Positions 13,952 to 26,009 of a stretch of 64,000 bases of DNA are shown in pieces. Made by a program: the position numbers and the translations under genes. Source of the DNA: Octopus vulgaris (lineage: Eukaryota); contig OX597822.1 of NCBI GenBank assembly GCA_951406725.2, positions 10,850,001-10,914,000 on the forward strand, given 5' to 3'. Every line of letters begins with the position of its first letter. Position 1 is the first letter of the stretch. Below the pieces are notes generated by a model. That model did not search any database. It saw only the letters and a list, made by a program, of their open reading frames with translations, and had not been told where the DNA came from.

Positions 13952-13953
<2 letters not shown>

Positions 13954-14064
13954 GTGATCACGTGACAGACCAGACCATCAGATGTTGCTACACATCGCTG
14001 GTCACAATGCGTTCGCATTGTTTTAGCCTTCGTATGACGCCACTCCGCTGGCTAAGCGAGCAGG

Positions 14065-14067
<3 letters not shown>
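13952..14067 (-). mobile_element. Solo 3' tail of SINE family C2 within (TA)n
   Basis: Aligns to 56203-56320 (CGTGATCACGTGAC...GCTGGCTAAGCGAGCAGGCCAA). Confidence 0.85.
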
Positions 14068-14100
<33 letters not shown>

Positions 14101-14579
14101 AAAAGGAAAGAATGTAAATATTTTGATTTCCATTACTGATGAAAATTTGTTAAAAAATGGTTTATTCTTTATGCTTAAAGTCTATGCGTTCAACTGACGA
14201 GAACGGTTTCATTCAAACTGATGTAATGTCTTCATTAATCAATTAAATGGGGCTGCTTAAAATGGCCGTAATGAATTGATACCTGTATATCTTTGTTATT
14301 ATATTCTGTTCACCTAACTTGGGATATGCACTTCGAAAATACTATAGAAAGTTCCTTTATGAAAAGTACATATCTGAATTAGCAAGAGCGAATATTTTCA
14401 CTTAGCTGGGTTGCGTTGTCTACACACACGACAAGAATATTGGGTACAGATGCATCTACACGGTGTCTAGATTATTCAATATTCAAATAATATTGTTGTG
14501 GTGTGAAAATCATACCGAACTAGTAAGGTGCCTCAATATAAGTACCTAATTCAACTGAGTCTTAATTATATTTTATATA

Positions 14580-16284
14580 TATAAAGTAAGGAACAAAATC
14601 CGTCAAAGGGATGTTAAACATCCAGGTTCGCCAGTTCAATCCAAGCAAAGTCTATATAAAAAAGTATATATTTAATATTGGCATAAACAATAAGGTATTA
14701 GGAAAGGAAAAAACATAAGCGTAGACGATTTTTTAATACAAAGTTGGTAAAAATCCAATAAAGATTATAAAAGTTGTTTCCAAGCCTAATTAATTCTAAA
14801 ACAAAACGAAAAAAATAATCCTTTTGAAATCACAAATCAGGTTTTTCTTTGGAAACTCATTATTGGAATGAATGTGTTCGACCAACAAAAATATAAAGAC
14901 CTCTAATAGCCCAGAAAAGGAACAAACAATTAAATTATGATAGAAAGACATTACCCAGAGACCAAACCCATCAAAACCAGAATATATATATATACATATA
15001 TATATCCAAATAAGCAACAAGAATAACTTCGGTAATTTGGTACGATCGTTTCGCACTACATCATTTTATTAAATGTTGTAAGTATTACAACAGTTTTAAA
15101 ATGCTGAGCACTCATCAGCCATTAATAGAGGTTTTCCATTAATACATAATTTTCATATCAAGTGATAACATTATAGAGAAAGTAGATATATAGACAAAGA
15201 TGTGGATTTAAATTTTAAGAACATTTAAGGTAGTAGAGTTTATCAACTGACTGAATAATATTCAGTTGCTATGAACTGTTAGAAGGTTCTGAGAAGAATG
15301 GACAAATGAAAGGAGACAACAAAGATTTTCTATTTATAGAAATAGGGGCGAAGTAGTTGTCAAAGTTCCATATAAAGAAATTTAGGTAGATAGAAAAAGG
15401 TTTGTCACATTACAATGCCATTTACTACTACTTGGTAAACAGATTTAGCATTAGGAAAACTAGGTTAATAACAAATGGTTATAATGACACTCATAGAGAA
15501 TGCAGAGATTTTTATAAAACTAATATACTTCAACATTATAATTAGCTGATAGGTTCTGAGTATTTTGTTACGTTGGATTAAAGGAAAAATTATAGATCTG
15601 AAATGTATTCAATTTAGAGAAAAATCTATCACTTATTATGAGTAGGCATAAAACTTATTAATTAGGGATAAAAGTCTTATTAATCAAGTGAATATATTAG
15701 GGGTCAAAACTATATAATAGGAAAAGTGGAAGAGGGGAAACCAAAGAAGAAAGGAATTTGTAGGTTTAGTAGAAAGTGATTTAATAATGTGAAGAGAGGT
15801 AATTTAGAAGAGTAAATTATTCAGATTTCATAGATAGTGAGTTGGTATTAATGAATAAAAATATAGAATCTGTTGGAAATAATATTTACTACCCGCGGAG
15901 AAAGGTTAATTAGTTAGGTAAAAATATCTTAGGTTAATTATATATTAAGAAATGGAAGTAAGATAATCAAGGTGAACCGAATAGTTTCCTTAGGGACATA
16001 TACTATTTAGTATCGGAGAATATTAAAAAAAAAGAAGAATTTAATTCTAAGTTTGCAATGAAGATTTTTAGTAATCTTTGTATGTTGAATTAAGGACCAG
16101 TATGGTATATTCGTTCTTATTTGGCTATAAATAATTAAAATTTGAAAAATTTAGGAATATTCACAATATTATTATTTAGAATATTTAAACGTACGGGTTG
16201 TGCGATGTAAGCAAGATCCTCCTAGCTCCGAACGGTTATTTAACAGATTTGTATTACTCTGATGTTTTAAAATTTCATATGTTT

Positions 16285-16287
<3 letters not shown>
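14580..16287 (-). mobile_element. PLE remnant: GIY-YIG C-terminus, long 3' UTR, hammerhead, terminal-repeat segment
   Basis: 16172-16285 minus translates ETYEILKHQSNTNLLNNRSELGGSCLHR..., matching the LLN.RSEL..C.H ending of marine-invertebrate PLE endonucleases. HHR at 15034-15125. Bounded by (TA)-rich tracts. Confidence 0.7.
15034..15125 (-). ncRNA. Type I hammerhead ribozyme with extended stem II
   Basis: UGG-CUGAUGA-GUGC...GUGC-GAAA-CGAUCG-UA-CCA: intact core, palindromic stem III ACGAUCGU, GUA cleavage triplet. Confidence 0.8.
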
Positions 16288-16334
<47 letters not shown>

Positions 16335-16336
<2 letters not shown>

Positions 16337-17634
16337 ACTTCAGCGTTGATTAAAATAACAATTCACAATAAGACATTTGCCGTTACTGTCTAAACATAAA
16401 GGATATAGACAAGCAATCTACAGGTAAGTTATTGAGACAAATAATCTATTAACTACTAAGAATTAAATACTTCACTAATTAAATGATTAAAAAATTAAAA
16501 ACAATACATTATCCACTAAAACCTAATTAATACCGTAATTCAAAGTCAATAATATGATGATTTCAAACGAAAATAAAAAGAAATTATTTATTTATAATAT
16601 AAATAATTAAATAAATAAATCAAAAGAGTGAAAAATAAATGCAAAGATCCTTCTGCCTCACGATATCAGATAAACCTAAATTAAACCTCTAAAAATATAA
16701 AATTTGAAACAAAATAAAAGCCTATTTTTAAAGAAAGAACTTATCTTACATTACATTACAAATTAAACCAAACTAAGAAGTAAATATATACATATAATAT
16801 ACATATACATACATACATACATATACACATACATATAAATATCTATATTTACAAATATATATATATATATACCCACCCACAAAAACATATACATATGCAT
16901 ACTTACATACACACCCACAAACATAAACAAATATATATATATAAATTTACAACATATATATATATATATTTTTTTAAAACAATTTTATAAAAATTTTTAT
17001 AAGAAAAATTTTTATACAATTAAAAAACATTTTAAGCTATAGATTATGTAAATCATAGGATTAAGAAATAAATTAAGAATTTATTATCTAATGAATACAT
17101 ATTTTGTTTACTAAACTATAATAAATATATCCCAATCTAAAAAAAATAACGCTGGAAAGAATTCCCTAAAAAGCCATAGCAAAATATAATGGCCAATGAC
17201 GAAAACCAAAAACAAAAAAAATCCAAATGAGAAAGGAACCTAAATAGCAAAGGGTGAAACCGTGATTATTAGACTCTCTTTAACCGGTTAATCAAAATAA
17301 AAAAAAATAAAACATCTATAATAGAAGTACTTATTTAAAATTTTAAAACACATATTTATTCCTATGAACACGGAAAAAGAAACCTCTTTCATATTTCGAA
17401 TTTAACAGCTTTCCTGTAGAAATTAAAATCAAAAATAACTCCTCAGAAAACAGAGAACAGAACCTAATACCAATCTTATAAGCCGGAACTGTCGCTAAAA
17501 TGTTCCATTCAATAAAGAACGTTTTATTACTTGTAATTAATTAGGCTTGGGAAGAACTTGTAGAATCTTTATTAGATTTGTACCAACTTTGTATTAAAAG
17601 ATCGTCTACGCTAATGCTTTTCCTTTCCTGATAC

Positions 17635-17637
<3 letters not shown>
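16335..17637 (-). mobile_element. Second related PLE remnant with an inverted terminal segment
   Basis: 17343-17519 minus translates FFIEWNILATVPAYKIGIRFCSLFSEELFLILISTGKLLNSKYERGFFFRVHRNKYVF* (GIY-YIG C-terminus). 17534-17637 is an inverted homolog of 14693-14795. Confidence 0.7.
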
Positions 17638-17663
<26 letters not shown>

Positions 17664-17665
<2 letters not shown>

Positions 17666-18038
17666 GGTTCCGGGTTCAGTCCCACTGCGTGGCACCTTGG
17701 GCAAGTGTCTTCTGTTATAGCCCCGGGCCGACCAATGCCTTGTGAGTGGATTTGTTAGACGGAAACTAAAAGAAGCCTGTCGTATATATGTATATATATA
17801 TGTATATGTATGTGTGTGTATGTGTTTGTGTGTTTGTGTTTGTCTCCCTAGCATTGCTTGACAACCGATGCTGGTGTGTTTACGTCCCCGTCACTTAGCG
17901 GTTCGGCAAAAGAGACCGATAGAATAAGTACTGGGCTTACAAAGAATAAGTCCCGGGATCGATTTGCTCGACTAAAGGCGGTGCTCCAGCATGGCCGCAG
18001 TCAAATGACTGAAACAAGTAAAAGAGAAAAGAAAGAGA
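17664..18038 (+). mobile_element. SINE family A, 5'-truncated
   Basis: Matches the other copies from the B box to the AAAAGAG tail. Confidence 0.9.
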
Positions 18039-18539
18039 TATATATTCTCAGGTCTTGGAATTTTTTCAACTCAGTATATTACAAATCCAGTACTCCACTA
18101 TGTATTTAGGTAGCAGAACATGGACCTGACGTATTTTTCTTCAGTCATATTTTTTATATTGTTAATATTGTTGTTGTTTAACCGCAGGTTAGTCTTGATT
18201 ACTTGGACCCATTCGCCACCATTTCATTTGGTAGTTTCGAGAAATCTAATAAAAATAATAAAAATATACATCTTTTAAAGGTCTAAGAGGAGATTTGGTT
18301 GTCATTTCTAGAAGGAAGAACTAGAAGGCAAAAAGTCATTTGTTGACAGCAATCATCGATGATGATGATGATGATGATGATGATGATATGAAGAAGGAGG
18401 AGCAAGAGTGTAATGAAGGGGATAATGAAGGAGATAATTGGCTGTCAAGACACTGGTAACGTACAACGCGATGACGTCATCGCTTGCAGGCACCTTTTCA
18501 TATTTGACCCTCATTTGTCAAACAACATCAGTGAAAAAA

Positions 18540-18897
18540 TAATGACGATAACCCGAAAGGTTGAAAGTCAAAGTTAGCCACGGTGGAATTTGAACTGTAA
18601 AGACGAACGAAATGCCGCTAAGCATTTTACGTGACGTGCTAACGATTCTGCCTACACGCTTACTTAATGATAACAATAATCCTTTCTACTAAAGGCACAA
18701 GTCCTCGAATCTGGGAGAGGGATTAAGTCGATTACAGCGACCCCAGTGCGTAACTTGTACTTATTTAATCGACCCCGAACCGAAAGGATGAAAGGCAAAG
18801 TCGACCCCAGCGGAATTTGAACTCAGAACGTAAAGACGGACGAAATGCCGCGAAGCATTTTGCCCGGAGTTCATAACGATTCTGCCAGCTCGCAGCC
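18540..18897 (-). mobile_element. Two adjacent SINE family B copies
   Basis: The core CCCGAAAGGATGAAAGGCAAAGTCGAC and the head TTCTGCCAGCTCGC each occur twice; the first copy is degenerate. Confidence 0.85.
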
Positions 18898-19388
18898 TCA
18901 ATAAATGATTGGTTTATATATGTAGTTATATCTGAGACATAGTAACCGCCGGCAATGGTAGTCATAGTAGTAGTGATGGTAGTAGATGTGATAGTTATGA
19001 TGTAAACCTTAATAGCTGTGATGGTGTTTGGGCTGTTGTTAATGGTGTTAGCGGGGTGACAGCGATGATAGTAGTTGGGAATGCTTTGGTGATGTTTGTG
19101 TTAAAGTTAGAAGTGTGCTGGTTGAGGTTATGATCTTTTCAACGATTAGGCTACATATGTATCGAAATTATCTCCCTTTAGCAACGTTGCTCTCACAAAC
19201 TGACAGCTTTGGGAGTGAAAAATAGACCTGACCGGGCCAACTGTTATGTGGAGGACATCTTTCATAGGCTTTGGTCAAATGACTGGAAAGCCATAAAACT
19301 GAAGATTCACAGTTGTAAGGCTAATAGCGGCAATGTTATCAATGTAATTGAGAAGAGAACGAAAGAAAGAAGGGACATGACAGACAGA

Positions 19389-19428
<40 letters not shown>

Positions 19429-20225
19429 GACAGAGACAGAGAGAGAGAGAGAGAGAAGGGGGAGATTGGAGACCAATACGAGATAAAATATATAACAAAC
19501 AAGAAAACATGGTGGATATGACGATGATGGAAACGATGTGAGGGAAGAAGAGAATAAAAAGTAAACGAAACGAAAGCAATATTAATAACAACAGAAAAAG
19601 AGAGATATATCAGAAATGTAATACGAAATATGTTAAAGGAGAGGGAAAAGAAGGGAAGGTGAGTTAATGTAAGGAAAATAAGTGAGGTGGAGTTGAAGAG
19701 TGCGAAATTCTGATATTTGCGGCATATGGTATCATATGATAAACATCTTCACCCTTGTTCTTTGATTCTTGCATTAAGGCGATGAGGGAAGCATCAAAGT
19801 GAGAGAAAGATGCACACATAGAATGCATGAATACATAAATACTGCATGCACGATACTGACAAACGCACATGTATGTACACACACACACACACACACACAC
19901 ATACACACACACATACACACACACATACTACCAACATACGAAGAAGCAGTGATTGCAATGAAAACCCAAGAGGGAGAGGTTGAGAAAAGGGAGAGAGAGA
20001 GAGAATCACTTGAAGAGGACGAGAAGAGCAAGGCAAAAGCGAGAGATTTTAGATCCACCAAAATATTTAGACAATTAGACGTCTCAAGCTCACAATGAAA
20101 CATGGAGGTCGATTAAGTCAAACTGTTTAGACAACATTTATGTCGGACGAGAATTTATAGGGCATTATGGCTTCCTATGTAATACACTTGTGCGTGTATG
20201 TATATATATATATATATATATATAA

Positions 20226-20259
<34 letters not shown>

Positions 20260-20273
20260 ATTTATATATATAA

Positions 20274-20364
<91 letters not shown>

Positions 20365-20541
20365 TCAGTAAAAGCAATTAAGGCTTTTTTATATAAGCTT
20401 TTTAAAGCCTGTTATAAGACTGTGCATCATCAGAGAACTTTGGAAGTCTGCTTACCATCTAAATTTGCTTTTTATAGAATTATCTTCGATACTTCATGAG
20501 TGTAGCCTCACCCACTAGGATGCTAGGAGAACTCATATGTG

Positions 20542-20633
20542 TTTTGGCTGATGAGTACGGGACACTTGTATTTGCTGCAATATTTGCAGCTTTTAATAAA
20601 ACTGGTCTTCGTATGAAACAATTGTACTGAAAA
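20542..20633 (+). ncRNA. Type I hammerhead ribozyme with extended stem II, inside a ~300-bp module (20362-20661) between (TA)n tracts
   Basis: UUUUGG-CUGAUGA-GUACG...CGUAU-GAAA-CAAUUG-UA-CUGAAAA: intact core, palindromic stem III, GUA triplet, 6-bp stem I. Confidence 0.88.
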
Positions 20634-20658
20634 ACTAATCCATTCTTGTTGCTTTTTT

Positions 20659-20709
<51 letters not shown>

Positions 20710-20742
20710 TCTCTTTGTTTCTCTCCTTGCTTTTCTGTGTCC

Positions 20743-20778
20743 CTTTCTATAGAAGAGCGTAGGCTCGAAACGTAAAAG
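20743..20778 (+). ncRNA. Minimal hammerhead-like motif with variant core, inside a ~165-bp module (20707-20869) between (TA)n tracts
   Basis: CUUU-CUAUAGA-A-GAGC-GUAG-GCUC-GAAA-CGUA-AAAG. All three stems are present, but CUGANGA is replaced by CUAUAGA. Confidence 0.65.
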
Positions 20779-20865
20779 ACTTTTTCTATTCCTGAGCGTT
20801 ATACTAATACATCTGTTTGTTTTGTACACCACCTGTCTTCGTCTTTTGCTTTTTTCGTAAACTCT

Positions 20866-20943
<78 letters not shown>

Positions 20944-21550
20944 CGTTTTGGTATCCAAAAGACCCAAAATGGCGGGTAAGACTACGTAAGTGCTACGGAA
21001 GGACCGTAGTTAGACTTCCGGTTCGATAATAGTATGAGTGAGGGGTCATATATATGTATGTATATATATATATATATATTTATTCTTCTTACACATTGTC
21101 CAAAACTTCGCTGTCACTGTCAACAACATTCTTGTGTAAGAATAATAAACTTGTACTCTACAAAATTAGAGTTACCCACCAGGTTAATGTAAAGTTGTAT
21201 TTATTATAACTGAACATAAAAACGAACTTTAATAATTTTTATACACACACATAGACACACGCACACACGCACACACTCACACACACACATACACAAAAAA
21301 TATATATACATATATGTATAACTATATATTTCTATGCGTATGTATATATACAGATATATATATATATCGATACATATATAAATATATATATATATATATT
21401 GCGTGTGTGTTTTGTGTGAGTGTGTTATATATACATATATATATACGTTTTGCAAGACTCCTGATATGCTGGAATTGTGTGTTGAAACAGATATTCTTAT
21501 ACTTGGGGATGATCATACTTTAACAATTAAACACACGTCTTCTCTTCAAC

Positions 21551-21602
<52 letters not shown>

Positions 21603-21603
21603 G

Positions 21604-21670
<67 letters not shown>

Positions 21671-21801
21671 CAAAGCGTTGAGCCAGCGGTATTTCGTCCG
21701 TCGCTACGTTCTGCGGTCGTTATAATCGACTAGTCCTCTCCCGCAAAACTCCAGACCTTGTGCCGATAATAGAAACGATTATTATTATTATTATTATTAT
21801 T

Positions 21802-21837
21802 TAGTTTCTTTCGTCACACATCCTGTGACCTCATCAG
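21802..21837 (-). ncRNA. Hammerhead core lacking stem I
   Basis: CUGAUGA-G-GUCACA-GGAUG-UGUGAC-GAAA-GAAAC-UA, followed directly by (AAU)n. Confidence 0.55.
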
Positions 21838-22349
21838 CGACTCTCTATCTCACATGTCTGCTCTTATTCTGCTTATTCCGTTGGAAAAAGAGAAAAATAA
21901 AGACACCTGGCTGAGAGGCAACGGTTTACTAAAACGAGCCATCTTCAACTTCTAACATGCCTTCAGGACGAAATCGGAAACAGATACAGGCGTGTATGCG
22001 TTCGTCACTGTGACCCTGCGAAGTAGAAACGCCAGAATATTAGTCTAAATCTATCATATTATTTAACATACTACTCCTTCGTTTTCTCAGATTAAATCTC
22101 TGTATCTCCGTCTCCTCTCCCTTTTTCTTTCTATCTCTCTCCCTCTCTTTTACTCCCCTCTCCCTTACTCTCTCCCTCCTCTCCCTAGCACGTTCCGTAT
22201 TGTCTCTTCTCTACATTTTTCATTCCATTAATCCCTCTCTTAATTAATATCTTTTATTTTACTATCTCTCTCAATCTCTTCTTCCATATCCAATAAAAAT
22301 AGATACCAGTAATACAACAAAGTTAAATGGTATCACATTATAAATGTTA

Positions 22350-22750
22350 GGCGCAGGAGTGGCTGTGTGGTAAGTAGCTTGTTTACCAGCCACATGGTTC
22401 CGGGTTCAGTCCCACTGCGTGGCACCTTGGGCAAGTGTTTTCTACTATAGCCTCGGGCCGACCAAAGCCTTGTGAGTGGATTTGGTAGACGAAAACTGAA
22501 AGAAGCCCGTCGTATATATGTGTATATATATATATGCGTGTGTGTGTTTGTCCCCCTAGCATTGCTTGACAACCGATGCTAGTGTGTTTACGTCCCCGTT
22601 ACTTAGCGGTTCGGCAAGAGACCGATAGAATAAGTACTGGGCTTACAAAAGAATAAGTCCCGGGGTCGATTTGCTCGATTAAAGGCGGTGCTCCAGCATG
22701 GCTGCAGTCAAATGACTGAAACAAGTAAAAGAATAAAAGAATAAAAGAAT
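22350..22750 (+). mobile_element. SINE family A, full length
   Basis: GGCGCAGGAGTGGCTGTGTGG head, CORE-like CACCTTGGGCAAGTG, (AAAAGAAT)n tail. Confidence 0.93.
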
Positions 22751-22773
22751 ATACCGGTAATTTTATCTAGTGC

Positions 22774-22993
22774 TCTCTTTTACTCTTTTACTTGTTTCAG
22801 TCATTTGACTGCGGCCATGCTGGAGCACCGCCTTTAGTCGAACAAATCGACCCCGGGACTTATTCTTTGTAAGCCCAGTACTTATTCTATCGGTCTCTTT
22901 TGCCGAACCGCTAAGTGACGGGGACGTAAACACACCAGCATCGGTTGTCAAGCAATGCTAGGGGGACAAACACAGACACACACAAACACACAC

Positions 22994-23032
<39 letters not shown>

Positions 23033-23192
23033 GACAGGCTTCTTTTAGTTTCTGTCTACCAAATCCACTCACAAGGCATTGGTCGGCCCGGGGCTATAGC
23101 AGAAGACACTTGCCCAAGGTGCCACGCAGTGGGACTGAACCCGGAACCATGAGGTTGGTTAGCAAGCTACTTACCACACAGCCACTCCTGTG
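22774..23192 (-). mobile_element. SINE family A, full length, tail-to-tail with the previous copy
   Basis: Reverse complement of the family A consensus, ~24 bp from 22350-22750. Confidence 0.93.
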
Positions 23193-23655
23193 CTGTTTCA
23201 TGTAAGTATATTAAATTAATTCTAGCCTGGGTAACCTTTGTACAAACTAGTAAACATTTGTTTATCAATTTTTATACCCGAACGAGCCTTTTCGGCTGAG
23301 CTAAGAGTATTCCTCATTGAAGAGAGCAAAGCCGAAACACTGCGTCAGGCGATCTGTCGACGTTCTTCGTCTTAACACAACAAATCTCGCTTAGACTGTA
23401 CTGTGTTCAATGCTTCGCTGGAGAGGATTGTTGCTGGATGGCCATCCATATGGCAGCAGGATTCTTGGGCTCCTTGTCATTTATATATATTCAAATAATC
23501 TCAGCATCTACAACACTATATAACCATCATCTCCATGCACGGCATATTCATCAAAATCATCTTCGGTCTATCATTACACATCAGTTTTCTCCCTTTTTCT
23601 CATCCATCTGTATATCCACCCCCTGACCACTATCACCACTACCAGCCCGTACTGC

Positions 23656-23689
<34 letters not shown>

Positions 23690-24375
23690 TATCATCATCA
23701 CCACTACCACCATCACAAGCAACAGCAGCACCACCACCACCAGTAGTAGCAGCTTGTATAACTGTAACATTAATACTTTGGTGGTTGATAGATGTGTAAA
23801 GTAGATAAAGAAGGAGAGCGTAATTGTTAGTTATAGAAGCAGATTGACAGAGAAAGACAAAAAGATCGACCGAGTTTGTGAGTAGGGAAAGGGAGAGGAG
23901 AGAAGGGGAGAGACAAAGAGATAGTAAAAGACTCAAACAACGATGTTTCGTTGTAGATAGAGAGATAGAGATATGACCAGACAGCAAGTGATGAAGCTAA
24001 AATGCAAAGACGTAGAGGGGAGAGAAAGAGAGTGTCATGAATGTAGAGAGCTTTAAAGACAAAACTGGACGATATAGAGAAGGGTTATAGTGAGGGTGAG
24101 AGAAATTAATAGCAAGATTGATAGAAAAATGGTGCCTAAGACAGTAGTGACGTCGCGGTAGAAAGACAGTGAGATAATGAGTCAGATATTACAGAAGTAT
24201 CAGTAAGATACATAGAAAGAGAAAGAGAAAGTTAACAGACAGACAGGTACGTACAGAAAGACAGCGGAAGAAAGTCACAGAGAGTTATTAAGCCAAACAT
24301 AGTGAGTGAGAGAGAGGGAGGGAGAGTAAGAGAGAGAAGAGAGAGAGATGGAAAGAGACTACAAGCATATGTATA

Positions 24376-24612
24376 TGTTTCTTTACTACCCACATGGGGC
24401 TAAACATAGAGGGGACAAACAAGGACAGACAAAGGGATTAATTCGATTACATCGACACCAGTGCGAAACTGGTACTTAATTTATCGACCCCGAAAGGATG
24501 AAAGGCAAAGTCGACCTCGGCGGAATTTGAACTCAGAACATAACGACAGATGAAATACCGCTTAAGCATTTCGCCCGGCGCGCTAACGTTTCTGCCAGCT
24601 CGCCGCCTTAAA
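24376..24612 (-). mobile_element. SINE family B (GTAAAGAAA-tailed variant) with 16-bp TSD
   Basis: TACAAGCATATGTATA at 24360-24375 and 24613-24628. Confidence 0.93.
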
Positions 24613-24957
24613 TACAAGCATATGTATAACCTAGCGATGTTCGTCTAGCGGTGAGTGATGGTTTAAAGTCTCATTTTGAGTATTATTCATGATTGTAGTG
24701 AGCTTAAATGTATATCATGTATATCTCACAATATTCCACAATTTCTGTCCGTAGTTCCCATCAATGAAGATCTGAGGTCAAATAGCAACAGCAGCAGGTG
24801 ACCTATCACCAGCTTTTCATTTTTCTATCATGTACAATGTTGCTTTGTTGGGTTGAAAGACGTAAATCTTTGCTAATATTTTACATGCATATATGCATAC
24901 ATACATGCAGAGAATCATACAAACATAGATACATAGAATAGTGTATTCAAATAAGCG

Positions 24958-25010
<53 letters not shown>

Positions 25011-25102
25011 CTAAGATTTGCATATTAACCTGCATGTATATGCGTTTCTGCGTATATATATATATATTTATATTTTAATATATAATACATATATATATTA
25101 AT

Positions 25103-25301
25103 CTCTTTTACTCTTTTACTTGTTTCAGTCATTTGACTATGGCCATGCTGGAGCACCGCCTTTAGTCGAGCAAATCGACCCCAGGACTTATTCTTTGTAA
25201 GCCCAGTACTTATTCGAAGCGCTAAGTTACGGGGACGTAAACATACCAGCATCGGTTGTCAACTGATGTTGGGGGGACAAAACACAGATACACTAACATA
25301 C

Positions 25302-25393
<92 letters not shown>

Positions 25394-25535
25394 AACGGGC
25401 TCATTTTAGTTTCCGTCTACCAAATCCACTCACAAGGCTTTGGTCGGCCCGAGGCTATAGTAGAAGACACTTGCCCAAGGTGCTACGCAGTGGGACTGAA
25501 CCCAGAATTATGTGGTTCGTAAGCAAGCCTCTCCT
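25103..25535 (-). mobile_element. SINE family A
   Basis: Family match, with an internal deletion and expanded (CA)n(TA)n. Confidence 0.9.
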
Positions 25536-25543
25536 TAATACGT

Positions 25544-25589
<46 letters not shown>

Positions 25590-26009
25590 GAGGAAATGCA
25601 TATGCAAGCATGTTAATATGCAAATCTTACGCTTACATATGTGTGTGTGTGCGTGTGCGTCTATGTGTGAGTGCACGCCTGCACGTGTTTATGTGATGTT
25701 TGGTGATTAGAATAAGAATGTAAATACTCAATATTAGGAGACACGAAGAGGATGTCATTGGTCTTACAAATACGCACAACACATGCGCGCGCGCAAAACA
25801 CGTGGACACACATAGATTTTAAGTATTGGAGACAACTAAGTTGAATATGCCTTAACTTTGTAGACAAATAACAAATAGTGCAAGTAACGGACATATTTCA
25901 GCCTTTTTAGTACTCCACAGCGAAATATATTCCCATGCAATTGGTTGGACTTAAACTGGCTAGTATATATCTCCACATTAGTCAGAGTTAAGCAGAGTAT
26001 AAAATATCT

